A stretch of DNA of 64,000 bases from assembly GCA_002633005.1 (NCBI GenBank), contig NMRA01000077.1, forward strand, positions 682,001 through 746,000, in the 5' to 3' direction. Position 1 is the stretch's first letter. Each line of letters starts with the position of its first letter. This stretch comes from Phoronis australis. Lineage: Eukaryota > Animalia > Phoronida. Position numbers and translations under genes: made by a program. Below are positions 39,006 to 51,070 of the stretch, one piece after another. The notes beneath the pieces are model-generated. The model was not told the DNA's origin, searched no databases, and saw only the letters and a list, made by a program, of their open reading frames with translations.

Positions 39006-39208
39006 CCCAAGTTTGCATCTAGCAGCAGTGAGCCCCACTCCACCTCAAGCATGACACTACCTATATCCAGCCCTAGTAGTCACAGTCAGTTTGAGGACAC
39101 ATCATCCAGACCACAACAACCCCCTCTGTTGGTGGATGTGACATCTAAACAAGAGGGTCCCACTTTAGCTCCACATGATGTTGAACGTAGGCTTGATGAG
39201 TTGGCAAG
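39006..39208 (+). CDS. KCNH2: ERG channel exon ending in first half of the C-terminal coiled coil
   Basis: long pyrimidine tract ttcag|CCC, AG|gtaact donor; ...APHDVERRLDELA resembles hERG DVESRLDALQ. Confidence 0.85.
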
Positions 39209-40214
39209 GTAACTACTTAACACTGGTTTGAATGTCTTTTAATTTCTATGAATAGGGCTCAACATTTTGAGGTCAGTTCTTTTTCAACTTTTCCTTGTAA
39301 ACATTGTTAATGCAATCAATTCAATTTGTTGAAGTATGAATTAGTCGTTGACCCTTTGTTTTAAAAATGTTTTTTGCCTCACTATATGATTCAAATGGGT
39401 AAAAAGAAGAATGCAGATGGTATACATGTATAAAAAGCCAATTTTTAAACTGAGGTTGTTTACATTCTATAATTAAAGTACTTCTTCAAAACAGAACTTT
39501 GGCGTCACTACTTTTCTGCATTACAAAAACGTTTTGTTTGTTAGTGCAGAAGACAGCAGTTTCTAAATTGAGGCTCAATCCAGATATCAATATAGTCCAC
39601 TGTTAAGTGTTTCTGTGCTCTTTATGTCTGCCATCATGAGTCACATTAACCAGGATTCAATGAATTACTAAAACTTTTCATCCTTGGGTACCAGAGAACC
39701 AAAATCTAACGCATTTATTTCAGCTAATTTTTGTCATATTCCTTTGGGAAAAATGACCCTAGTTTAACTTTTTATGAGGAAGTAAATTTCAGAAGCCTTA
39801 TAGCTTAAAAATCACCAGTTTTAGTCTAGTCATTTTACTATTAGCCAGTGTTATGTGAAGTCACCACTACTACAGTAATTTTTCTTCGCTTGACAATAAG
39901 ACCTTAGATCAGATGTTCTGATAAGCAAATCTCTTAATGACAGTGACAGTTGTACAAATCTGTTGATGTAGTATTATGTGTTCTGAAATAGGCCACATTT
40001 CTAATGGACTTCATAGGGATTTGTAAAAGATAATGTATTAGATTTAAAGGAGAATGTCACACGATTTAATTAATCTACTGTCTCAGTCGGTCTATATCCA
40101 CATCACCTCGTACACGGTCGGTATAACCTCACCGAGAGGTGTCGCGTTTACCTGTGAGGAAGGTGAGAAACGATGCAGTGACGTCAGCGGTTCTTCTGCA
40201 GAGTAACTGCCACT

Positions 40215-41380
40215 ATGGTGTGGTGTGCGAACTATGAAGCTGCGAGGAAAGGGGGTATATCGTTTTTTTCGGTTTCCTCGTGAGCCCATAATGCTTAGGA
40301 AGTGGCTCGTGGTAATGAAGATTGAAAGGTTTGTTGTTAATACGAAGTATGAGGCAGTGAAATATCTCCGTGTCTGTGGCTGGCATTTCGTCGATAGTGA
40401 TTTCACTGATGAATGCCGCCTTTCCAAACAGCTCATGCCAGGGCAGAAAAAGAGACTAAGTCAAATGCTGTGCTTATACCTGTAATACATGTAATACCTG
40501 TCACGGACAGGATCATTGGGGATATGCTGGTGCATTAATCCCCTCCCCAGACCATCCCCGTGACAGCAGAAGGCGCAGAACTCCAGGGCTGACGTTGCCA
40601 GTAAGAATTTGATTAGACAGCACTCGGGCACGGCTCTTCTTGTGACTCTTCGCAGCATGGCCATAAATAATACTGGCTTCGAGCAGGCGGCTGCCATCAT
40701 TGAATTCAGCCAGCTGGGATGCAGTCTGCTCGAGGTTGCGTTTGTGAGCAAGCAGCTTAACGTCAGCCGAATATAAGTAGAGGGGTTGGTTGGTGGTGCA
40801 TGAGCCAGTGAGGTAATCTGCACGCTCATTAATCAAGACACCGGCGTGGCCAGGTATGAAAGACCAGATCACTACATGATGAGGGTGGCGTGATCGGAAG
40901 ACACCCCAGTTGGCTGGGAGGTTTCCAGATTGAACTTTCATCAACACTGCCATGGAATCGGTGGCAAAGATAATGGTGTGATTCTCCAGGTCTAGGAGTG
41001 ACAGCTTAGTTAGGGCACGTTATATAGCCTCAAACTCCATCCGCGTACTGCTTGTGTATACATGGTGGCAGCCACTACCTTCCGCAATGACGTTGTTAGC
41101 ACAGCGTATTTGATAACCCCATCCCGCACGATTAGTTTCACCATCGAAGGATCCATCAGTTGCTACAATGATGGCATTAATACCGCCAAGATCACGCCAT
41201 TGCTGACGGCACAATGCTTGAGCTACTCCAGGAGGCCATTCCCGAGCTTCCCTGTTGAAAGCAATGATGACATTCGGTTCCTCACCAAGTTCTTGTACTG
41301 GCAGCCAAGCAGCATCTTGCGCGATCAAGACTTATTACAGAATGCTGTGCTTAGTGTGTTTCCATTCGGCAGGAAGACAA
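40215..41380 (+). pseudogene. THAP zinc-finger remnant, frameshifted and interrupted by a LINE
   Basis: MVWCA...FF/RFPREP...KW...RVCGWHFVDSDF...NAV(L)SVFPF; the AVP-like motif sits at the LINE target site. Confidence 0.8.
40477..41340 (-). mobile_element. 5'-truncated RNase H-bearing non-LTR retrotransposon (I-group, possibly Ingi-like)
   Basis: ATDGS...GWG...SSTRMEFEAI*RAL...IFATDSMAVL...WSFIPGHAGVLINERAD; 13-bp TSD aatgctgtgctta at 40464-40476 and 41341-41353; 9-bp tandem tail at 40477-40503. Confidence 0.88.
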
Positions 41381-41510
41381 AGAATCACGGATCAGTTGTT
41401 GATCAGTTTTTGATTATGGAGAATTGTAGTTGGCCATGAAAACATAAACAATTACAGTTAATTCAAGGCATGAGAACATAACGTTTTTTATAACCTGTTT
41501 GATGACTTAC

Positions 41511-41878
41511 TCGTTCGTCAGTCTTCTGTTTGGTCCTCTGGGTGTAAGATGTTTTCGCTAGTTCTTTTTTCAGCCCTAAAACGTCATAATCACACTTCTG
41601 TTTAGATGCGGTAAAAATCAGCATGGTCCGTGAGACACGTCTGCGCTTCTCCAAGAAGGCGTTTCACTTGCGTGCAGTTAGCGTATTGACACCACAAGTC
41701 TTTCAAACGGTTTTCAGAACTACCCATATGTTCTGTTGTCTGCATGTTCACTGTGCCTCTCTAGTATTTCTTGATCAATGTATTCCGGTTCGAACTGATA
41801 GCCTGTGAAACTTAACGATCGACCTGTGAAGTCTTCGTTGGATGAGCTCTCGACTAAGTCGGTATTGTGAGTTGCCAT
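41511..41878 (-). pseudogene. KolX-like (P2X7 ballast/nanor-related) accessory gene remnant
   Basis: MATHN...GYQFEPEY, then after a frameshift NRLKDLWCQYANC...TCLTDHADF; matches the YQFEP, WCxCxxC and CITxHxxF pattern; gtaagt donor at ~41510. Confidence 0.7.
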
Positions 41879-43021
41879 GTTGACGTTTATTATTGGGCAT
41901 TCTATTTTAAAATGAATTATTTTCACCCTAACCAACGCTTATTTAACAGAAACAAAATCCGTCTCATTAGATACAATTTGTAATGCCTTTGGAGTGTTTG
42001 TGAGTGCAAATATTTTGAGAAGCCAGCAATGAATTAATCACTGCGTTACCGGCTTTAGATGCAGTAAGGCTAATTGAACGAGCACCGTGGCTGTGTGAGC
42101 GCATGCTAATTCAGTGTTTGCTGAACGAAAACTGTTGTGAATCAATAACTTCATTTTATATCCCATGGTCAGATGTTAGGGGAATCTTTTAGATATACAT
42201 GTACATATACATTATTAGAATCATTGTTACTGTACAACTTTTGCCCTGACGGTATTACGAAAGGGGAACCTGACTTCGCAACCGTGACGAGTATGTAGAT
42301 TTGCAGTTTTGTGGCTAATTCACCAAAATAATCAGGTGCACATTATCTCTTTGGCTCACTAGTATAGTCTTTTTGTGACTGGAAGTTTACTTTTCAACTT
42401 CTAGTTGTTCATGATGTCTTCTGTCCGGCCGCGACGGCCTGATCAGGTTCCGAGAACCTGGCTGGAGCAACAAGGGTTTTGTGTGTTTAGAACTGAAAAA
42501 AATTGCAAGTCTAAAATTATAACACACAACTTGTTTTCCTGTCTGTGTTTCACCGAAGAAGAATTCAAATTTATCACTTAAAAGACCCCAAACTCAAGCG
42601 TCCGACCTTGGTAAATTGGCCCACCAAACTTTGTAGGCTACAGTGCGCTCAAATACCCATAAATCCATTGCGAAATAAAACAACATGTTTGTTCAAGAAC
42701 TCTATGTATTTGTAGGGGTTTTGATGACTTCAAGCGATAAGCTGACATGAGTAAGCCTGTTGTGAACTATATCGCAGCAAATCTTGATGAAATTCAGCCA
42801 GTTTAGCCCACACTTTATTGATGAAATTCAGCGCACACTTTATTGATCCTCTATTATTTGTAATGTAATGCACTGTGTATGACTATTGTCCAGCTCAGCA
42901 GAAGACATCTGACTTTCATGGTACTACTTTCTCAGGTCAAGAGGTCATTCACTACTGTTGCTATGATGGTGGAACAATTGTCCTGCATACTACAAAGGGT
43001 AGAGCATTGTGATCATTTCTT

Positions 43022-43155
43022 GTGAATAACCTCACCAGGAAGCATGTGCTTTTAGTGAATAACCTCACTAGGAAGCATGTGCTTTTAGTGAATAACCTCA
43101 CTAGGAAGCATGTGCTTTTAGTGAATAACCTCACTAGGAAGCATGTGCTTTTAGT
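43022..43155. repeat. 33-bp tandem repeat, 4 copies
   Basis: gtgaataacctcactaggaagcatgtgctttta. Confidence 0.95.
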
Positions 43156-46100
43156 CAAATTTTCTGCAAAATTGCAGAATTGTATTCAGAAAAGGTACTG
43201 TTTTCTGAAAATAGAAAGATAGTATAATTTAATTTTCTACTCAACACAAATCTGTCTTAAAATGAACATGTTTTTTACTAAAATGTAGTAAAGAAACAAT
43301 GTTGCAGGACAGATAAAGCATTATCAGCATGGCCACAAATTTCATTTCACATAAATATTTATGAACAGATCTCAAAATCAGTTTTCAAAATATCCTTTTT
43401 TATTTTGTGCAGCTTTTAAGATGAAAACCGATATTTTCATTAAAAGCCTCAATTTTTGACAGTATCTTATTCAAAAAGACACCCATTTAAAAAGTCAGTC
43501 TGGAGAACAACGTGGATAGCATTGCGTCAGTTTCATTTGAGTCCGATAAGCTGTTATTGAGATACCAAGTTGGCAAAAAAATTTGAAATTTTCATCACTC
43601 ATGACCATAAAATAAGACATCAACTTTTACCCTGAAGGTAAAGATTAATATCGAATTAAGTACAGCATGAACAGCTAAACTGTTAATGGCAGGTAAATAT
43701 GGATTTAAAACTTTCCGCTTAAAAATCAAAGTGATGTGACATTTGATTGCCAATCACAAAAGAAACACACGAGGTTGTTTTAAAATATTTTAAATAAAGT
43801 AAAGTTTTTACAAACAACATAACACGCTTCTTGAGCAAAAGTGAGGTTTATGGATAAATAATAAGGGTCAGATTATCACATTCCAAATCACTGTGAAGAC
43901 AGGATATACATGAAGTAATAAAAATGTAACAGTGATTAAAATCCCTTCTTAATACGGACATAAACAAAGCAGACCAGTAAATATTTGTAGGCGAAGGTGT
44001 GGAACCTGTCTAAAATGACCAGCTACCAATACCCTTAAGGCACAGTGTCACACGACAGCATTATAAATAAGATTTTTATCAGGGCTGCTATGCAGTTACT
44101 AACTACTACGTATGTATCACACTATGGACTACAGGTAGAACTTCAAATGGAAATTAGGATGCCTATTATATATCTATGGTTGAAATACAAATAAAATATC
44201 TACAAAAATACTACAGAGCACAACTACACGGAAGGGCATCTGCAGTCTCCCTGGAATTATAATACCACAAAATGTCCGGCACATATACAACACTGAGTGC
44301 ACGAATGAGGTAACTTGGTCTACAAAATATGATCGCCAGTAAGCAGACCTGCATCACCACCATATCAGATTTGTTCACCCAGTATTCTATAGCTAATGAA
44401 AAGGACACATAACATATAACTCTGTAAGGTCAGGAAACAATGGACTCACATCTACAAGGGTTCCTGTTTCATAAAAGTTTACTAAGTCTAGAAAGTTCTA
44501 TTGTTGGCACATGTCATCAGCACTATTCAACAAGTTATTATGTAATTATATTAGAGTCAAACCATAGGCTAGCCTATTACAATGATCTATTTGTCAACAA
44601 GCACTTCAACTGAGTTTGAATTATTGTGATCCAATCCTGTTTTCATGATGAAATTTAAGGAGGTTTGTTAGGTACTTTTGAATGAAATAACGTTTAACGA
44701 AATGAAAAGTTCCAAGATTTTGGAATCGTAAATTAATAATATTGTGTTAATATAATTCAGACACTACTGTTAAACTGAGATAATTTATACGCCTAAACAT
44801 GTAGAATTACCCCCCACTGAGTGTTACTGTGACACGCTTTATAAAACTTGGCGCAGTCATGATACCGTTTACTAATAGCTCGGATGTAGTAGCTCTGGGG
44901 TCCAAATGGTAAACAACCCTATACCTACTGTAACCAACTAACAGCAATTGTAAGACTGACTGGCGTAGACATCATCGCACCGAATCAACAATAAACTTAC
45001 TAATATATTAAAAAATATAATAAAAACAGCTTCCGCCATTCTTGCTCTAACCGTGGAAGCACTCGAGCACGGATTTCGTTCAACGTAACTGTACTCGCCA
45101 CTGGGCCGGTCCCCTAGGAAGCGGACAACGTAACGACCAGGTGTGACGACCTCGTCGATCACTACGTCTGCCCATATGTTGGCAGCTCGACCACTGCCTG
45201 CAGTTTCTCGTTTAACACTAAACACCGCCAAAGTAGCCATCTATTTGAAGATCATCACGTTAGGAAATGCCCGACCACGTTGCACGACAAAAACAAACTT
45301 TCGTCGAGTCACTACTGTAATTAATGCGCGGTTGGAATAGTTTTAAAAATTATGTCAACGCAACGAAATTTGATGTATTATGTGGTACTAATTGACAAGA
45401 ATCTTTTCAAATGTCTTTTTAAACTTTTATTTTGGTAATTTTAAAACTTTTCAAACAGAATGAACTAAACGAGTCGAAAAGCGTAGCCAACTATTCATAC
45501 GCACTTAGGGCCAGAGCAGAAGTACTTTGAAAAACTTCTCAACAAAGAACAAATTCAAAAGCAGTGTAAGGCATGGTTTTGCAGTATTTTTCGTCAAGAA
45601 TTCGAATAAAATATCAAAACTGACCTCTGACTTAAAGCTAAGAAGTTGTGTTTTTACAACTGAAAACAACTGAGCTGAAGTAATAAAAGTTTTATGACCA
45701 TTCACTTGACAGTGTAAACAGATCACACAGTGGAGCTAGTTATGTATGGAGATCTTATCCTGATAAGTCTCGCTGAAATCATTTGTGCGCTACCAGACAC
45801 TTCGCTTTGTAAAGCGCGGCGCTTTCGAGCTTTACTTCTCCAGGCTCTGTTGCGATACGCTGCTGAGCAGACTGCATTTGAACCTGTGACGTCATTGGTT
45901 AGTTTCAACACCTCCGTCTGCTGTCAGGTATCAGGTAAAAGAGCTGTACTTGCTGTTATCAAGTGGAACTACTTGATCTAAATAGATGCAAAATCGGTTG
46001 TTTTTTGGGTGTCATTCTCCTTTAAAGTGTCTCTATGTTATAATCTTTCTTCCCTGTTTGCAGCTGCAATGTATTCAAAGGTGAGATAAATGCTTGAAGG

Positions 46101-46157
46101 ATTCTTTTTCTAAATCATCGATGGTATTGTGCTTAATAATGCAGGCGGTATAAATAG

Positions 46158-46236
46158 TGTAGCTATCACTTGTAGCTATCACTTGTAGCTATCACTTGTA
46201 GCTATCACTTGTAGCTATCACTTGTAGCTATCACTT
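46158..46236. repeat. 13-bp tandem repeat just upstream of an exon acceptor
   Basis: (gtagctatcactt) x6. Confidence 0.95.
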
Positions 46237-46253
46237 CCTTTCTCTGTTTACAG

Positions 46254-46437
46254 TCAGCTGACGCGGTTGGAGATGAAAATGAGCTCGGACATCTCAATTA
46301 TTCTGCAAGTATTGCGTCATCAGTCACCGCCCCCGCCGCCATCACCAGTCAGTGTACAGTTAGCGACCTCTGGTGGCTCTTCTCCACCTTCTTATTGTGA
46401 CAGTACAACGTCTTATCATTTGGGTCCACAGATGCAG
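46254..46437 (+). CDS. KCNH2: ERG channel exon, C-terminal coiled coil (copy 1)
   Basis: tttacag|T acceptor completes phase 2; SQLTRLEMKMSSDISIILQVLRHQ resembles hERG [23 protein letters not shown]; CAG|gtcagg donor. Confidence 0.85.
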
Positions 46438-46889
46438 GTCAGGCTCTTGAGTTGGTGTTAAGACATTCTATTTTCTTGGTTGTGTCTTTGTGGCAAACAA
46501 TGCAAAATCTCCTGTTGGAAGTTTCTTGATTTTTACGCTCCAGGAGAATGGTATGTAATGATGACTGAAGCTGGTTTGAGCTGATTAATGAGCGAAAAGT
46601 GACCCACACCCTGATCTTACAGCTTTTTGGTTTTGAAAATTATACAGTTAAAATGTATTGCATCACCACATGCATCAATGGATACCATAACCAAATATGT
46701 TTTTGTTTATAGCTTCTTATCCTGTTAATATTAATGTTTTAGCCAATCACTGGTGTGAAGAATTTGACAGAATATGTCGAAACATCTATATTTATGGGGT
46801 TTGTCATTTTATTGTGATATTTGTTAAAATCTCACCAGTTTCAGACCTAAGTGATTGCCTATCTCACCCTTTTTCAGTTTTCAGAAGCC

Positions 46890-46913
46890 NNNNNNNNNNN
46901 NNNNNNNNNNNNN
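46890..46913. other. Assembly gap flanked by a ~650 bp duplication
   Basis: 24 N; 46238-46889 is nearly identical to 46914-47567. Confidence 0.95.
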
Positions 46914-46929
46914 CTTTCTCTGTTTACAG

Positions 46930-47113
46930 TCAGCTGACGCGGTTGGAGATGAAAATGAGCTCAGACATCTCAATTATTCTGCAAGTATTGCGTCATCAGT
47001 CACCACCCCCGCCGCCATCACCAGTCAGTGTACAGTTAGCGACCTCTGGTGGCTCTTCTCCACCTTCTTATTGTGACAGTACAACGTCTTATCATTTGGG
47101 TCCACAGATGCAG
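46930..47113 (+). CDS. KCNH2: Second near-identical copy of the coiled-coil exon (likely the other haplotype)
   Basis: Same translation as 46254-46437 with synonymous differences (tcg/tca, ccg/cca); starts just after the N gap; donor CAG|gtcagt. Confidence 0.6.
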
Positions 47114-49861
47114 GTCAGTCTCTTGAGTTGGTGTTAAGACATTCTATTTTCTTGGTTGTGTCTTTGTGGCAAACAATGCAAAATCTCCTGTTGGAAGTTT
47201 CTTGATTTTTACGCTCCAGGAGAATGGTATGTAATGATCATTGAAGCTGGTTTGAGCTGATTAATAAGCGAAAAGGGACCCACACCCTGATCTTACAGCT
47301 TTTTGGTTTTTGAAAATTATACAGTTAAAATATATTGCATCACCACATGCATCAATGGATACCAAAACCAACTATGTCTTTTGTTTATAGCTTCTTATCC
47401 TGTTAATATTAATGTTTTAGCCAATCACTGGTGTGAAGAATTTGACAGAATATGTCGAAACATCTATATTTATGGGGTTTGTCATTTTATTGTGATATTT
47501 GTTAAAATCTCACCAGTTTCAGACCTAAGTGATTGCCTATCTCACCCTTTTTCAGTTTTCAGAAGCCGCTACCATTGTTGTGAATACTCTCAAATTTTTA
47601 AAGCGTTGTCTGATGTAAATTATGGTATTGAACCCTTGAAAAGAGTTAATTATTAATGTAGTAGTGCTTTTATTTTTTTAAATAAAATGAAAGTAAATTT
47701 GCATTTGTCCACAATACTGTATTCTATTGTTATTTGTGAGATTTTACTGAAATATTAAGTGCAAGTCAGTCCTGTATTAAGGTATGCGCAAAGAGTATAG
47801 TCACTGAGCTGTATCCATATCATATTACTTATAGTACAGTCAGTTGTATCCATATCATATTACTTATAGTACAGTCAGTTGTAACCATATCATATTACAC
47901 ACTTTACAGTTGTTTTTAACTATGTCATATTATACACAGTGCAGCCTTAAACCGTATCATATTACATGCAGTGCAGCTGGATGTAACCATGTCATGTTAC
48001 GCACACTACAGTAGAGATGTCTTTAAACATGCCACATTACACACAGTACAGTCTTAAACCATATCATGGCAGTGCAGTTGGCTGTAACCATGTCATATTA
48101 GGCACAGTAGAGTTGCTTGTAAACATATCATATCACTGTGCAGTTGGCTGTTATCATATATAATACACATTAGTACAGTTGGCAATACCACATTACTCAC
48201 AGTATAGTTGTCTGTTACCATATCATATTACGCACTGTATAGTTGTCTGTTACCATATCATATTACGCACTGTAAAGTTGCTTGTAACCATACCATATTA
48301 CTCATGCCGTGAATTATTCGCATACAAGGAAAACACGCATTTCTAAAGATGTGTGGGAATTCTCACCTCGGCCTAAATTCCCGTTTTTCGTTATTTTGTG
48401 ATATCTGAAACATTATGGCGTTTTCTCGGTGCTCCCAACTTGTTCGATGCTATAGCCCAACAACAAGTTGGGAAGAACACCCCTGTAGCCAATATCTTAC
48501 AAGAATGTTTAAATCCATTCTGGCATTTATGGTTGTTGGAGGGCGGCCAGCTCTCTTTTGTTCGATGATTGCTCTAATTTCCAGTAAGATCATATCTAGC
48601 GTGACTGGGCTATGCTGCTAAAAATAAAAGTTAAGTTATAACTTATTTGAACATAAACCAGTAGCATTTCTTAAATCCTTGTCAAATGGTGATCATGTTT
48701 AGTTTTTGAATTTGCCAAAGTCACGCAACTACAATCGAAGTTACGACAATTCATTCTTTTCCAATGTATACCAATTCGGTCAGTGTTTGACTGTGTTCAC
48801 ATGTCATCTGGTGGATAATTGTCCTGCCTCTTGTCATACCTGACAAAAGACTTTGCTTGGCAGTTAACAAAGAAGCTAGATGTTATCACACCCTCACAAC
48901 CCTCTACCTCTGGTAAAGTCACTGAATGGAAAAACTGCCATGTGTACCAAATCAAATACCAAAAAAACCAATTTCGGTGAAATAACAACCACCACTGTTG
49001 ATGAAGTAGTGCTGGCAATTAGCTTTCTGCTTCATTAGCTTAGAGCCTCATGAATGGGTGTGCTGAATAGGCATAAAAAAGTTGTCTGAGGGCGAAGGGA
49101 ATCTCAGCTATGATCATTGTAAGGGAGACATTCTCCACATGATGCAGTACAGTTGACTATAACCATATCATATTACACTCAATACAATTATAGCTGTAGC
49201 CATGTTGTACACACAGTGCAGTGTTATATTTCGCTGTAGCTATATATCATTGCNTTCATGGATAGATTCAAGTTATTTGTAGACTAAATTGTATCCAGAG
49301 TCAGGATATGTGTTAATTAGTTATAACTCCATGTGCACATATGCATGTTTCATTTGATTTTATTTGCTGTATTTTGAAGTGAGTAACTTTTTATGGGGAT
49401 AAACTATCGCCCCTGTATGCCTGCAGTGCGGCATTCAGGCCTAGACCTGCCTCCCGTTCAGTAACGCTAGGACCTCGCTAAAAAGCAAGACTTCGCGAGA
49501 TTACGTGAGTTATTGCCGTGTATTTCGAATGAGAACACGTGACTTTGACTAGGTTTTAGCTAGGTCCTATCGTAGGTCCTAGCGTCTACTGAACGCACGC
49601 CGGGTTGAGTTCCCGCAGTCGTTCACAGCTTCGCACAACATAACAAGTTCACATTTTCATCGTCCATTCACAGTTATTCCACGATCCATCTACCATCTTT
49701 TAAGTTGTGTTTACGTTTTAAGCTTAAAATTCACCATAACAACTCCAGAAAAATTTAGCGTGTGTAGCAAAGACTCGGGGCCAAACAAGAGCAATATGGC
49801 GGGTTTTGCCCCTTTTCCGGTGACGTCACATTGACTAACGAGAAACTCGCAAATGAGCTAT

Positions 49862-50720
49862 TGCAACCATATCACATTAGGCACAGTACAGTTAACTGCA
49901 ACCCGCATATCACATTGGGCACAGTACAGTTAACTGTAACCGTATCACATTGGGCACAGTACTGTTAACTGCAACCGCATCACTTTAGGCACAGTGCAGT
50001 TAATTGCAACCATATCACATTAGGCACAGTACAGTTAACTGTAACCATATCACATTAGGCACAGTACTGTTAATTGCAACCATATCACATTACAGTGGCA
50101 GATCTACGATTTCAGTAAGGGGGGGTTTAGGATTTGAAAGAATCCGAGGCGCGTAGCGCCGAGGAGAAGGAAGGTCGCGAGAGGGTTTCCCTCCTCCCGT
50201 GTAAGATTTTTTGGGATTTTTAGTAGCTAATTTAGTTTTTCTGGCGATTTTTTTTCCAGTTTTTATTTTTGATCCTGTCCCGAGGGAGGGGTTTAAACCC
50301 CCTGAACCCCCCTGTAAATCCGCCTCTGCATTAGGTAAAGTACAGTTAACTTTAACCCGCATATCACATTAGGCACAGTACAGTTAACTGCAACCGGCAT
50401 ATCACATTTGGCACAGTACAGATAATTGCAACCATATCACATTTGGCACAGTACTGTTAATTGCAACCATATCACATTAGGCACAGTACAGTTAACTGCA
50501 ACCATATCACATTAGGCACAGTACAGTTAACTGTAACCATATCACATTAGGCACAGTACAGTTAACTGCAACCATATCACATTAAGCACAGTACTTTTAA
50601 CTGCAACCATATCACATTAGACACAGTACAGTTAACTGTAGCCATATCACATTAGGCACAGTACTGTTAACTGCAACCATATCACATTAGGTGCAGTAGT
50701 TAACTGTAACCATATCATAC
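49862..50720. repeat. 35-bp minisatellite; degenerate relatives at 47810-48300
   Basis: gcaaccatatcacattaggcacagtacagttaact repeated, interrupted at 50093-50328. Confidence 0.95.
50093..50328. mobile_element. Short non-autonomous DNA transposon inserted in a minisatellite
   Basis: cagtggcagatctac ... gtaaatccgcctctg inverted ends; catta duplicated at both flanks. Confidence 0.75.
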
Positions 50721-50971
50721 TACACATTGTACAGTTGGCTTGGTACTTTTGGAATAAAATGTTGTAAGCCAACAAAGAGCCCTATAATCCCACTAACTGA
50801 TCAGAAGTAATTACCATGTTTTATTAACCACACCTAGAGATGGGACAAAGGCCTGTTCAGATCAGTGATAATAGGTTGTCCAGTGTATGCTGTCAGTGAA
50901 GCCCCTAAGCTCACTTCACAATCACAATGTGAAATACCCTTACTACAGTTGACCACTGGGTTTCATTTCAG

Positions 50972-51070
50972 TCCAACACTGAGACATCATCCCACACTCC
51001 CCATCCTCTGGACGAGATGACCCAGATCTATATTCCTGACGACGTGGACATCAAGAACTCCGATGTTTGA
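50972..51070 (+). CDS. KCNH2: ERG channel terminal coding exon
   Basis: tttcatttcag|TCC acceptor, phase 0; SNTETSSHTPHPLDEMTQIYIPDDVDIKNSDV-TGA, followed by UTR-like AT-rich sequence. Confidence 0.7.
   Translation, partial: SNTETSSHTPHPLDEMTQIYIPDDVDIKNSDV

Larger units (their letters stand above)
40048..46021. mobile_element. Kolobok-like DNA transposon derivative (~6 kb)
   Basis: TTAA|aggagaatgtcac ... gtgtcattctcct|TTAA (13-bp TIR, 1 mismatch); TGACGTCA ~130 bp inside each end; THAP on +, KolX-like on -. Confidence 0.8.

Noticed and set aside
41333-41340. 8-nt inverted match between the LINE 5' junction and its tail (twin priming)
   Set aside because: Too short to distinguish from chance
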